A stretch of 64,000 nucleotides of DNA from Candidatus Dojkabacteria bacterium (lineage in GTDB: Bacteria > Patescibacteriota > Dojkabacteria > B142 > WJKM01). Where the stretch lies: positions 170,852 through 234,851 of the forward strand of contig WJKM01000011.1 of NCBI GenBank assembly GCA_014729085.1. The letters are read 5' to 3'. The translations under genes were made by a program, and so were the position numbers. Numbering within the stretch: the first letter of the stretch is position 1; every line of letters begins with the position of its first letter. Of the stretch, positions 1 to 9,538 are shown one piece after another. Below the pieces are notes generated by a model, which did not search any database, was not told the origin of the DNA, and saw nothing but the letters and a program-made list of their open reading frames with translations.

Positions 1-153
1 CCCTCCCAAATACAATAATGCAGTACAAAGACTGAAAAAACTAGAAATAAAAAAGAATCCAAGTGGTCCTATATTTATTGTTCGCAATACCGCACCAATG
101 CTTGCCCAGACAAAGCTTGCTATCAAAACATAAATTAAGGATTTTATTTTCAT
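1..153 (-). CDS. DMT/EamA-family membrane transporter, N-terminal part (runs off window)
   Basis: Manual translation from ATG at 153: MKIKSLIYVLIASFVWASIGAVLRTINIGPLGFFF..., hydrophobic with an EamA-like first helix; not in ORF track. Confidence 0.6.
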   Translation of the reverse strand, partial: MKIKSLIYVLIASFVWASIGAVLRTINIGPLGFFFISSFFSLCTALLYLGG

Positions 154-365
154 GATCTATAGTTATAATATAACCAACTAGTATTATATCAACTTTTTAT
201 ACAGTATAATCAAGTATATAAATTCGTGATCTATAAGTTATCAAATATGAGATATAATGAGAACAAGTTATATCTGAATATGTTGCTCATTGTATTCAAC
301 ATTGACCTTTACAGTCTAATCCAATGCTTAATCAACCTTGCTAAAAATCATCAACGTAAAATAAT

Positions 366-2111
366 ATGGCAGAAAGATCAAAAATAGAAGAGATTAAAAG
401 CAAACTTGATATCGTTTCAACTATTCGCGAATATGTTCCAAACATGAAAAGAAGCGGAAAAAATTATTTTATCCTCTGCCCTTTTCACCACGAAAAGACA
501 CCATCTTGTGCAGTAAACGAAGATATTCAACGTTTTAAATGTTTTGGATGCGGAGAATCCGGCGATGTAATTAGTTTTATTGAAAAAATTGAAGGTATTG
601 AATTTCCAAAGGCTTTGGAAATTGCTGCAAAAAAGGCTGGGGTTTCGCTTCCGAAAAACTTTAGACATCCCGGAGAATCTAAAGAGTATAAAACTAAACA
701 AAAAATATATGAGGTAAATCAAATTACTGCTGAATTTTTTCACTATGTTTTAACCAAACACGATAAAGGGAAAGAAGGTTTGGATTACGCAAAGAAAAGA
801 GGTCTGACGAATGAATTGCTAAAAAAATTTATGATTGGATATGCACCAGAAGGATATGAAAATTTAAAAAATTTTCTAACTAAAAAAGGATATGAAACAA
901 AAGATCTTGTAGACTGGAGCCTTCTTGTTTCCAAAAACAATAAAGTATATGATAAATTCCGAAAACGTTTAATCTTTCCCATATTCAACCATATTGGAGA
1001 TATTACAGGCTTTAGTGGTCGAGTAATAGATAAAGAAGATATCCCAAAATACTTGAATTCGTCAGCTACTCTAGTCTACAAAAAATCTGAAATTCTATAC
1101 GGGCTTTTTCAAGCAAAGGACCATATTAGAAAAAAGAAATTCTCGGTTATTGCCGAAGGGAATGTTGATGTTCCAATTGCACATAAGATCGGATTGGAAA
1201 ATACAGTTGCTCCTATGGGAACGGCACTTACAGAAAAGCAATTAAGATTGCTCAAGAGGTATACAGAGACGGTATATTTTGCATTCGATAGTGATTCTGC
1301 AGGAGAAGCAGCACTTATTAGAAGTCATAAGGAGGCTGAAAAAATTGGTCTAAGCTCTAAAGTAATTTATCTTGGGGAGTACACAGACCTAGATGACCTG
1401 ATCTCCTCAGATCCAGATCTTGCTCATAAGAAAATTAATAAAGCGGAACCAATCATTGAAAATCTAATCAAAAGATTTTCGAAAAGATTAAATCTCGGAG
1501 AAGCCAAAGGAAAGTCAACTTTTGTAAAACTCATTCTTCCACCTCTTTCTCAAGTTGAAGACAGGATTGAACAAGCCCATTATGTGCAACAAATTTCCTC
1601 TCTTGTCAGTGTAGATGAAAAGCTTATCTGGGATAAGCTTGGTAAAACTTCTACTTCAAAAAAGAAAAACGAATCGGAAAACATAAAAAGAGAAAAGGAC
1701 GAACCTTCGCTAAAAGAACAATACATAATCGCGATGCTTCTACAAAATCCCTTTTTACGTAAATTGGAATTCAATATGGATTACATTCAAGATGAAAAAT
1801 TAACCAGTATGTATTTACAGCTAAAAGATGAAAAAAATATTAAAAAAAAGGTAAATAAACTGAATTCACAAGGCCAGAAATTAGCAACAGAACTTCTCAT
1901 GATGGATATAGGAAGTTTTGAATCTGAGCACGAATTAAAAAACAATTTTTTGAAAGAGTCTAAGTACCTTGAAAAACAATTTCTGAAAAAACAGTTAGGA
2001 GAAATCAAAAGAAAAATGAAACAACTCGAATCTGAAAACAAAGACGTTTCAAAACTTTTAAAAGAACAAAACCAGATTATTAAACAACTGAAAAACCAAA
2101 AAAATACCTGA
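366..2111 (+). CDS. dnaG: DNA primase
   Basis: CHC2 zinc finger CPFHHEKTPS...CFGC, FRKRLIFPI, PKYLNS, TOPRIM EG..D and FDSDSAG. Confidence 0.97.
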   Translation: MAERSKIEEIKSKLDIVSTIREYVPNMKRSGKNYFILCPFHHEKTPSCAVNEDIQRFKCFGCGESGDVISFIEKIEGIEFPKALEIAAKKAGVSLPKNFRHPGESKEYKTKQKIYEVNQITAEFFHYVLTKHDKGKEGLDYAKKRGLTNELLKKFMIGYAPEGYENLKNFLTKKGYETKDLVDWSLLVSKNNKVYDKFRKRLIFPIFNHIGDITGFSGRVIDKEDIPKYLNSSATLVYKKSEILYGLFQAKDHIRKKKFSVIAEGNVDVPIAHKIGLENTVAPMGTALTEKQLRLLKRYTETVYFAFDSDSAGEAALIRSHKEAEKIGLSSKVIYLGEYTDLDDLISSDPDLAHKKINKAEPIIENLIKRFSKRLNLGEAKGKSTFVKLILPPLSQVEDRIEQAHYVQQISSLVSVDEKLIWDKLGKTSTSKKKNESENIKREKDEPSLKEQYIIAMLLQNPFLRKLEFNMDYIQDEKLTSMYLQLKDEKNIKKKVNKLNSQGQKLATELLMMDIGSFESEHELKNNFLKESKYLEKQFLKKQLGEIKRKMKQLESENKDVSKLLKEQNQIIKQLKNQKNT

Positions 2112-2160
2112 CTTCCCCAATAGAACCTCCAAATTAAATTCAGAATTTCTTTTAAAATAC

Positions 2161-2189
2161 TAGAAATTCTTACTATAAGCTGATATAAT
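2161..2189 (+). promoter_or_regulatory. sigma70-type promoter for 2218 gene
   Basis: TAGAAA-N17-TATAAT with extended TG (TGATATAAT 2181-2189), 28 nt before ATG. Confidence 0.55.
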
Positions 2190-2217
2190 CGGGATATATT
2201 TTTTTACTTGCATAATT

Positions 2218-2364
2218 ATGGAACAAGAAAGATTTAGAGATTACTTACCTTTTTTATTGATAAGTGCATTAGCTTTAGGAGGTCTAACAGCCTGTGGAAA
2301 TGAGACAAATGTAGTCCCAGATCCTACCGAATCACCCATTCCTGATCCAGATCCTACAGCTACT
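2218..2364 (+). repeat. 147-bp direct repeat copy 1 (leader cassette; copy 2 at 3478-3624)
   Basis: 144/147 nt identical by manual alignment, offset 1260 bp. Confidence 0.95.
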
Positions 2365-3384
2365 TCTACTCCTGTACCTACAGCTACCGCAACACCCTTG
2401 CCTGTCTCTGAACCTACATCAACTCCAGGCACAGAATTAAATTCCGACGAAAGATGCAGTATTTCCTTTAATAATGTCGGTTTAGATGCAGACTATACCG
2501 AATGGACAGGAGCGACTACATTGAATGGAGAATTTGCAGACACACAGATGCGCATAGGGCTTGAGAACCATGCCGGTTGGGAATTGTCTTTTGCAGAAGA
2601 TAACTTTGAGGATGTAGTTACTCAAGTTATAAACTCCTGCGGGATGGATATAGACGCAAGAGAAGACAGTCGTTATCCTTTAATAATGAATTTTATCGAT
2701 TACAACGAATATGGAGGAAAGGCCATCTGGCCTGAATTAACTACCGACGAGGAAGGCAACCCAACATTAGAACATGATAGGTTGGCTGTCAGCTTACCTT
2801 ATGTGTATATAGATATTTTACCAAGTATCTTACAAATGAGGCATTATGACTATGAGGAAGGTTCTTATACAGATGCCGTTCACGACTGGCTTATTAATCA
2901 GGGTTTTTCAGAAAATGACCTTCTTCAAGGAGATCTCGATGATCTCTTCGATATGGTGATATCAAAAATAGCATTAGAAGAGACTATAGAACTTCCTTTA
3001 TTAAATCAACAAATACCTCTTCTTGAAGACACATATAATACAGACATTACTGACGTACAAAGTTTAGCAACCACGATTGGACAGCACGAGGATACAGCAT
3101 ATCCTGAAACAGGATTTACGCTTCCAGCTGAACAACCTGATGAATTAAATTACTGGATAGATAATTATTGTGACCATTTAAGTTTACCTATAACCTCAGC
3201 ATATGTAGAAGCTATGACAGAAGGAGTAAGTTTACCTTTCTTAATACATGACTTTGATAAAGATACCATGCTTGCAGTTCTTAGGAATTCACAATCATAT
3301 ACACCAGAACAAATAAATACTATAGAAGCATGGTTAAATGCCGAACAAGCAATCCAAGAAACAAGAGTAGATTATTTCGATTAG
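2218..3384 (+). CDS. acidic MEQE-family predicted lipoprotein (zincin-like EExxE domain)
   Basis: MEQERF + hydrophobic stretch + LTAC lipobox, Pro/Thr linker, only 3 Lys in 388 aa. Confidence 0.8.
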   Translation: MEQERFRDYLPFLLISALALGGLTACGNETNVVPDPTESPIPDPDPTATSTPVPTATATPLPVSEPTSTPGTELNSDERCSISFNNVGLDADYTEWTGATTLNGEFADTQMRIGLENHAGWELSFAEDNFEDVVTQVINSCGMDIDAREDSRYPLIMNFIDYNEYGGKAIWPELTTDEEGNPTLEHDRLAVSLPYVYIDILPSILQMRHYDYEEGSYTDAVHDWLINQGFSENDLLQGDLDDLFDMVISKIALEETIELPLLNQQIPLLEDTYNTDITDVQSLATTIGQHEDTAYPETGFTLPAEQPDELNYWIDNYCDHLSLPITSAYVEAMTEGVSLPFLIHDFDKDTMLAVLRNSQSYTPEQINTIEAWLNAEQAIQETRVDYFD

Positions 3385-3477
3385 TCAATAGGAGTACTTA
3401 TCTAACCTATCAGATTTATAAAATCAAATAATCAGATAAATATAATATTTTTAAATCACTTTTTTACATTATTCTTC

Positions 3478-3624
3478 ATGGAACAAGAAAGATTTAGAGA
3501 TCACATGCCTTTTTTATTGATAAGTGCATTAGCTTTAGGAGGTCTAACAGCCTGTGGAAATGAGACAAATGTAGTCCCAGATCCTACCGAATCACCCATT
3601 CCTGATCCAGATCCTACAGCTACT
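3478..3624 (+). repeat. 147-bp direct repeat copy 2
   Basis: Matches 2218-2364 with 3 mismatches. Confidence 0.95.
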
Positions 3625-4482
3625 GCTCTACCTGCTCTTACTGCAACACCTGAAGACATATTCACAGATGATGATGGCGATTATGTAAACGATAGTGATG
3701 AGGCTTTTCTTGGAATGACACCAGGTGTACATGATGAAATGATAGATCTTCCTGAAGGTCGATTCCAGTTTCACTTAAGGATTAATGGGGATCAATTTGT
3801 ATATTTTGACGGAGATAATTATGATCCCTATATTCAAATTAATCCAGAGACACTATCTAGCATCTTGTCTGATCTAGAAAACCCCGATTTTGGTGATAAA
3901 ATAACCCCTCAATTTGACTTTAGCTCTCAAATTTGGAACCAATACCTAGGCGCTAATCCTGAGCTTCAAAATACGGGTATACCTAATGCCTTTAATTTCA
4001 GGCCTGAAGATTACAACGAAAGAGTAATTTATATGAATCAAGACTTTTTCCATGACTTGTTCCCGCTTCAATTCCTTTACGATGATAAAAGTTACGATCC
4101 AGTAGAAGGGCTGAGAATCAGACAGACACTAGATTCTTTAGGAGTCGTAGACGATGACTACTCAAACTATTCCTATGAACAATTGGTGGAGGCGGGAACC
4201 ACAGCAATATTTTCTGAAGAAATATTTGAATGTACATCCGGTGACTACCCAAGTTTCACTTCACAAGAAGATGCTGATGCTCATTCACTAGATTTTAAAA
4301 GGCGAGTTTTTAGAGACGTTTTAGAAGGTCGTATCGAGCCTTTATTTGATACTACAACGATTGAAATGTTTGACCCAGCGTATATCAGAACCCAAATAGA
4401 AAGCTGGCCTTGGTTTCGAGATGATATGATCCAACAAACAGAACAATATTTTGATGAGGAATTTCCAGAATGGAGAAATTAG
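3478..4482 (+). CDS. acidic MEQE-family predicted lipoprotein (Ca-binding DxDGD repeat, EExxE domain)
   Basis: Same leader and LTAC lipobox as 2218; DDDGDYVNDSDE motif; 3 Lys. Confidence 0.8.
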   Translation: MEQERFRDHMPFLLISALALGGLTACGNETNVVPDPTESPIPDPDPTATALPALTATPEDIFTDDDGDYVNDSDEAFLGMTPGVHDEMIDLPEGRFQFHLRINGDQFVYFDGDNYDPYIQINPETLSSILSDLENPDFGDKITPQFDFSSQIWNQYLGANPELQNTGIPNAFNFRPEDYNERVIYMNQDFFHDLFPLQFLYDDKSYDPVEGLRIRQTLDSLGVVDDDYSNYSYEQLVEAGTTAIFSEEIFECTSGDYPSFTSQEDADAHSLDFKRRVFRDVLEGRIEPLFDTTTIEMFDPAYIRTQIESWPWFRDDMIQQTEQYFDEEFPEWRN

Positions 4483-4529
4483 TCCCTATTGATAACTATT
4501 ATATTTTTAATCATGTTATATCTTATCTA

Positions 4530-4559
4530 TTGAAAAATTAAAGAGAAGCCTGATATGAT
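4530..4559 (+). promoter_or_regulatory. sigma70-type promoter for 4593 gene
   Basis: TTGAAA-N18-TATGAT with extended TG. Confidence 0.55.
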
Positions 4560-4592
4560 CACGACATACTTTATTATCTTATAATATTTAAA

Positions 4593-5624
4593 ATGGAACA
4601 AGAACGATTAATAAATTATTTGCCTCTTCTCTTAATAGGACTGGGAACGGCCGCTTGTACAGGTGGATTTGGTCAGGAAGAAATTCCAACTCAAACACCA
4701 ATATCCGATCCTGACGATAATCCCTTACCTCCTGATGGAACTCCAACATCTCCGGGAATACAAGCCGGAGAAGTAAGTGGTGGAGAGACCATAGAAATGC
4801 CAATACAAACTTTAGTAGATAATGACGAAGATTTAGTTGCAAGTATATATGATATCGATGACAACAATCCACTGGTAGGTATGCAATGTTCAGCAGAAGT
4901 ACATTCTGAAGGAAGAACTTATCAAAATGGTAACCCCAATCTACCAATAGATTTACATGAATTAGTTATAGACTGTCCAGGTAACCAAGATTGGGAACTA
5001 CAATTTCAGCAATTCGTAGGTGCGCAACCAAGAAATAATTGGTTCACAGCAGAAATAGGTGGGCCAGATCATGATAGATCCGATATATTTCTATGGGATT
5101 CCCCTTCCCATTTAGATTATAATTGTGCCACTCTAGCGCTAGATAGGACTTTCCCAAACCTTCCATTACCGATAACAGAACAAGGGGGTCTAGGAGGAAT
5201 ATTAACTACAAATAATACTTATGAACTACTTGATATGTTGATAGGAGATCCAGACGCTGGATTGGAGAGAGGTGCGGGTTTAGGATATTTAAAAGAAGAT
5301 GGTTATATTGATGGACTAGAATTTGATAGGCTAGTTGAAGAAGGAAATGTTGATCAAATTTATGATCTTATCGACTCTGATGATCTTATATTCATTGTTA
5401 CACGGGATGTTGGAAACTTTGATACATCCGAAGATGGGTATCATATGGCGGTTCCAGCCTTATATCCAAACACGGGGCAAGAAACTTTTTATCAGAAATT
5501 CAGTATTGAAAGTCCTACTGGTTATGGTGGACCGGAAGCTATAAAAAATCATTATGATAATACAGGAAAGGATATTGTTGGGTTTTACATAATTCAACCT
5601 ACAGCACAATTCTCAACACCCTAA
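4593..5624 (+). CDS. acidic MEQE-family predicted lipoprotein (papain-like Cys-His domain)
   Basis: MEQERL...TAAC lipobox; YNCATLALD ... GYHMAV ... YQKF. Confidence 0.78.
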   Translation: MEQERLINYLPLLLIGLGTAACTGGFGQEEIPTQTPISDPDDNPLPPDGTPTSPGIQAGEVSGGETIEMPIQTLVDNDEDLVASIYDIDDNNPLVGMQCSAEVHSEGRTYQNGNPNLPIDLHELVIDCPGNQDWELQFQQFVGAQPRNNWFTAEIGGPDHDRSDIFLWDSPSHLDYNCATLALDRTFPNLPLPITEQGGLGGILTTNNTYELLDMLIGDPDAGLERGAGLGYLKEDGYIDGLEFDRLVEEGNVDQIYDLIDSDDLIFIVTRDVGNFDTSEDGYHMAVPALYPNTGQETFYQKFSIESPTGYGGPEAIKNHYDNTGKDIVGFYIIQPTAQFSTP

Positions 5625-5640
5625 TGACAATTATACAAAA

Positions 5641-5676
5641 TAGCAAGAGTAAGTAAATAAGTTTTTTCTCTTGCTA
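5641..5676 (+). terminator. hairpin after 4593 gene
   Basis: TAGCAAGAG ... CTCTTGCTA inverted repeat. Confidence 0.45.
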
Positions 5677-5885
5677 TGATTTGTATATTGATTCAACTTT
5701 TCTCTCGTTGACGTTTTCTATATTCTCTGGAGATTCTAACTTACAATCCCAACCCTATTACTAGTATTCTACGCCTTCCTCTTCTAAAAATTGCTAATAT
5801 CCCCTCCCCTCCTCTATAATAAAATCGAGAATATGAAGCCAATGGCTTTAAAACAAATCCTACTTATTTACTATTTACTTGCTGT

Positions 5886-8168
5886 ATGGGACGAAGAAGA
5901 CGTAGAAGAAAAATCACATACGACAGCAGGGAAAGCAAGATCGTACTTGGTCTTATTTCTCTTCTTTTTGCAGTTATCTGTGTACTCAGTAATTTTACTG
6001 ATGGGGTTGCATTCGAACTTGCATTGAAACTATTTGGGGGAGCAGTCTATCCAGTTGCAGGATTTTTTCTAGTATTGGCTCTCAAACTTTTCCAAATTAA
6101 ACCAGATAGAATTACCACACGCTCTGTAATAGGGATGTTAATAATTTCTATTTCTTGGGCTATCTTTTTATCTGGCAAAACAGGGCTGCCTGTGGATGTC
6201 AAAAACTTAGCCTATCAGGGTCAATACGGAGGAATTGTTGGTTTCGAACTTGCAGAAAAAATAAGTACTTTTCTTTTTCGTGATGCTATTAGACCTCTGA
6301 TGATTTTCATAATCTTCTTTTCTGTTCCTCTAGTTCTTTCAATGAGATTAGGAGAGTATCTGGATATGATTGGAAGTGTATTTGGTTGGATTTTTAAACA
6401 ATTGAATAAACTTAAAGAGGCTGTGGCTAAAACTCAAAATATAAACCCTGAAAAACAAGAATCCGTCACCCACGAAAATCAGACTGAACCTACTATGGTT
6501 GGAGATTTTCTCTCTTCACAAAAGTATTCTGAGAGAAAACAGGAGGAGCAAGACAAAAATGAGGAAAGTGTGGCTAACAAAGGACCCGAATTCGAGGGTG
6601 TAGCAGACGACGAGAAAACAGAGAAAAGTGTAAAGAATCCTAAAATAAAATACAAAAAGTCTGAAGAAAACGAAGACCTACTCCTCCACGACGAATTACA
6701 GTTTCCAGATTGGGAACTTCCTCCTCTTGATCTTTTAAAAAGAGACGGAAAAAGAAAATCAATTAAATCAGACATTGAGAAAAATTCCAAAATTATTGAG
6801 CAAACGCTTAAAAGTTTCAATGTCAAAGCACAAGTTGTTGATGTTTCGGTTGGGCCTTCAGTTACACAATATGCCTTGAACATTGCTTTAGGAACAAAAG
6901 TTTCAAAAATTGCAAACCTAAAAAATGACCTTGCTCTTGCATTGGCAACCTCATCTAATGCAGTTCGAATAGAAGCACCTATCCCAGGAACCAGCTTTGT
7001 CGGTATTGAAGTTCCTAATAAAAAGAGACAGATGATTCTCTTTGGGGACTCAGTAGGTGAGAAAGAGATGGAAAAAGGCAGACTGACAGTTACGCTTGGA
7101 GAAGATGTTGGCGGTAAAAAAATCTTTATCGATATTCAGAAAATGCCTCATCTTCTTATTGCGGGAGCAACAGGTTCTGGTAAATCAGTTGTGACCAATT
7201 CATTCATAATGTCTATGCTTATGAAAAAGACGCCGGATGAAGTCCGAATGATACTCGTTGACCCAAAACAAGTTGAATTTTCCGACTATAATGGCATTCC
7301 TCATCTACTCACACCAGTTATCACAAATATGAACAAGGTGAACAATGCACTAAAATGGGCTATTGTGGAAATGGAAAACCGCTACACTGAATTTAAGGAA
7401 AATAAAGTTAGAAATATAGAAATGTACAATGAAAAATTAGGCTTCTCTGCCCTTCCCTATATCGTAATTGTAATAGATGAGATGGCTGATATGATGATGG
7501 GTCAAGCTGGCGCTGAGATCGAATCTTCTATTGTTAAACTTGCCCAGAAGGCAAGAGCAACAGGCATTCATTTAATCTTAGCCACCCAGAGACCTTCTGT
7601 TGATGTTATAACCGGACTTATAAAAGCAAATATTCCTGGACGCTTAGGTTTAAGCGTAACTACACAAATAGATTCCCGGGTTATTCTCGATCAAATTGGA
7701 GCTGAGTCTCTTCTCGGTCGTGGTGATCTGCTTTACAAAGATCCCGGGAAAAATAGACTTGAGAGAATTCAGGGAACTTTTATTTCTCAAGATGAAGTTT
7801 TAAGAGTCGTGAACTTTATAAAACGACAAACACCTGATGAGGTTGAATACACAGAAGAAATTACACAAAAGCAGGTACCCCCGGATGCACCTCCAGGTAC
7901 TGCAGAATCAATTAAATTTTCTGATGATGAACTGTTTGCAAAAGGAGCAAGAATTATCGTTAATGCTCGAAAGGGCTCTTCTTCCCTACTCCAACGCAAA
8001 CTCAGCATCGGGTATAATCGTGCAGCTAGGCTTATAGATGAATACCACAAATACGGTATTGTAGGCCCTTCCAAGGGAAGTAAACCAAGAGATATTTTAA
8101 TAACTGATATCGAGGCCTTTTTGCAAGGCGGTGGCCAAGCTGAAGACCCAAGTTCCGCTGAAGATTGA
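5886..8168 (+). CDS. ftsK: DNA translocase FtsK/SpoIIIE
   Basis: N-terminal TM segments, MPHLLIAGATGSGKS, IDEMAD, ATQRPS, gamma domain LQRKLSIGYNRAARL. Confidence 0.97.
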   Translation: MGRRRRRRKITYDSRESKIVLGLISLLFAVICVLSNFTDGVAFELALKLFGGAVYPVAGFFLVLALKLFQIKPDRITTRSVIGMLIISISWAIFLSGKTGLPVDVKNLAYQGQYGGIVGFELAEKISTFLFRDAIRPLMIFIIFFSVPLVLSMRLGEYLDMIGSVFGWIFKQLNKLKEAVAKTQNINPEKQESVTHENQTEPTMVGDFLSSQKYSERKQEEQDKNEESVANKGPEFEGVADDEKTEKSVKNPKIKYKKSEENEDLLLHDELQFPDWELPPLDLLKRDGKRKSIKSDIEKNSKIIEQTLKSFNVKAQVVDVSVGPSVTQYALNIALGTKVSKIANLKNDLALALATSSNAVRIEAPIPGTSFVGIEVPNKKRQMILFGDSVGEKEMEKGRLTVTLGEDVGGKKIFIDIQKMPHLLIAGATGSGKSVVTNSFIMSMLMKKTPDEVRMILVDPKQVEFSDYNGIPHLLTPVITNMNKVNNALKWAIVEMENRYTEFKENKVRNIEMYNEKLGFSALPYIVIVIDEMADMMMGQAGAEIESSIVKLAQKARATGIHLILATQRPSVDVITGLIKANIPGRLGLSVTTQIDSRVILDQIGAESLLGRGDLLYKDPGKNRLERIQGTFISQDEVLRVVNFIKRQTPDEVEYTEEITQKQVPPDAPPGTAESIKFSDDELFAKGARIIVNARKGSSSLLQRKLSIGYNRAARLIDEYHKYGIVGPSKGSKPRDILITDIEAFLQGGGQAEDPSSAED

Positions 8169-8256
8169 TTTGTTTCTTATAAGATATTGAAAACAAATTC
8201 CCAATTTAGATTTATATCCCCCCTTTAACCTTTACACATAAGACTTATCACAAACA

Positions 8257-8285
8257 TTGACTAAAATTATATAGGTATATATAAT
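8257..8285 (+). promoter_or_regulatory. sigma70 promoter for 8314 gene
   Basis: TTGACT-N17-TATAAT. Confidence 0.7.
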
Positions 8286-8313
8286 TCATAATAATATATT
8301 AAAATTTTTTCTT

Positions 8314-9168
8314 ATGGAACAGGAAAGATTTGGATGGTCTCCAGCTCTATTTATAATTGGTGCCACGCTAATGGGAGCGGGAGCTTGTAAGGCGGCGACT
8401 GAGGAACCAAACAGCTTGACCACAGTGATGCCTGAAAACCCAATTGATTCAGACCAAGACGGGTTTTCAGATGAAACAGAAAATCTTTTAGGAACAGACC
8501 CACATACAGCAAATACCATAACCTACGAGCAACCCGAAGGAGTTTTTAGTCCGACGGAAAACAGGACTTCCCCGAAATATCCCGAACTTGATTTGCTTAC
8601 TGCGTTCAAATTACAGAGTATGAATCCCGAACTTTATGAAGGATTAGACCGTAGTGAGTTTTATGATGAACACTTCAGCTCTGGTTATGAAATCATACAG
8701 GAAGGAAACTACATGACAAACTGTTTTGCTGATGTCCTAGGTATAGATAGAGGCTGGATACATGACAAAATTTTCAGACAAGCCCTTGCTGATCCGGATT
8801 CAGGACTATACGAGGAAGGAACTGCTTTAATACCAACAGAAACAGAATATTCTGAATTATTTTATTCAAGCTTGGAACTTGACCCCTTCTATACAGTCGA
8901 ACTTATGTTGTCAGAAGCTCAAGACGGAGACATACTGGTGTTTAGAGGTGTTGAAGGCATAGATTGGGATAGTGACGATGAGATAGATGGCTTTCAATTT
9001 GGTAGCTTTCCCCATGCGGCCGAAATCGATGTTGACCCAGAGGATGGCACCATTTCTTTTATAAACAAAATAGGGGAACTTGATTATGTTAGATCATACG
9101 ATATACATGAGCTAGCTAACCTTTTTGATGCACCAATAGTAAGTTTATACAGACACAAAGACGAATAA
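8314..9168 (+). CDS. acidic MEQE-family predicted lipoprotein (TSP3-like repeat + papain-like Cys-His domain)
   Basis: MEQERF...AGAC lipobox; DSDQDGFSDETE; TNCFAD ... GDILVF ... PHAA ... NKIG. Confidence 0.8.
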   Translation: MEQERFGWSPALFIIGATLMGAGACKAATEEPNSLTTVMPENPIDSDQDGFSDETENLLGTDPHTANTITYEQPEGVFSPTENRTSPKYPELDLLTAFKLQSMNPELYEGLDRSEFYDEHFSSGYEIIQEGNYMTNCFADVLGIDRGWIHDKIFRQALADPDSGLYEEGTALIPTETEYSELFYSSLELDPFYTVELMLSEAQDGDILVFRGVEGIDWDSDDEIDGFQFGSFPHAAEIDVDPEDGTISFINKIGELDYVRSYDIHELANLFDAPIVSLYRHKDE

Positions 9169-9538
9169 AATACAAATCCTACAAATACAGGAAGTATATA
9201 GAAATCTATCCTCCCCCAGACCCCTCCCCTTTTAGGCGATGGATGAATACAGATTTTCTTCTTCGAAGAATTCTGCATTTAAACCGTGGATTCTTGTCTT
9301 CCGAGGACTACTTTGGTCGAAGGAAAAATTACTCTACAGTATTTCATTTGTAAATATTCTATACAACAGAATAAATTTACTTTTACAGCTAACAATATTT
9401 CCTCATCACCAATTTATTGGAATTCTTTCGCTTTAAATTCATTTTTTATTTTAAAAGTGCAACAAAAGTCAGACTTATCTCGTCTGAAAGGCACATATAT
9501 CCCAGATATATGTTACCTTATTTGTTATTTATTTACTT

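Noticed and set aside
153-241. Short direct repeat TGATCTATA(A)GTTAT in the divergent promoter region
   Set aside because: Two copies in very AT-rich DNA; may be an operator but cannot be distinguished from chance.
2310-2430. CCT/ACA periodic sequence
   Set aside because: Explained by the Pro/Thr linker coding.
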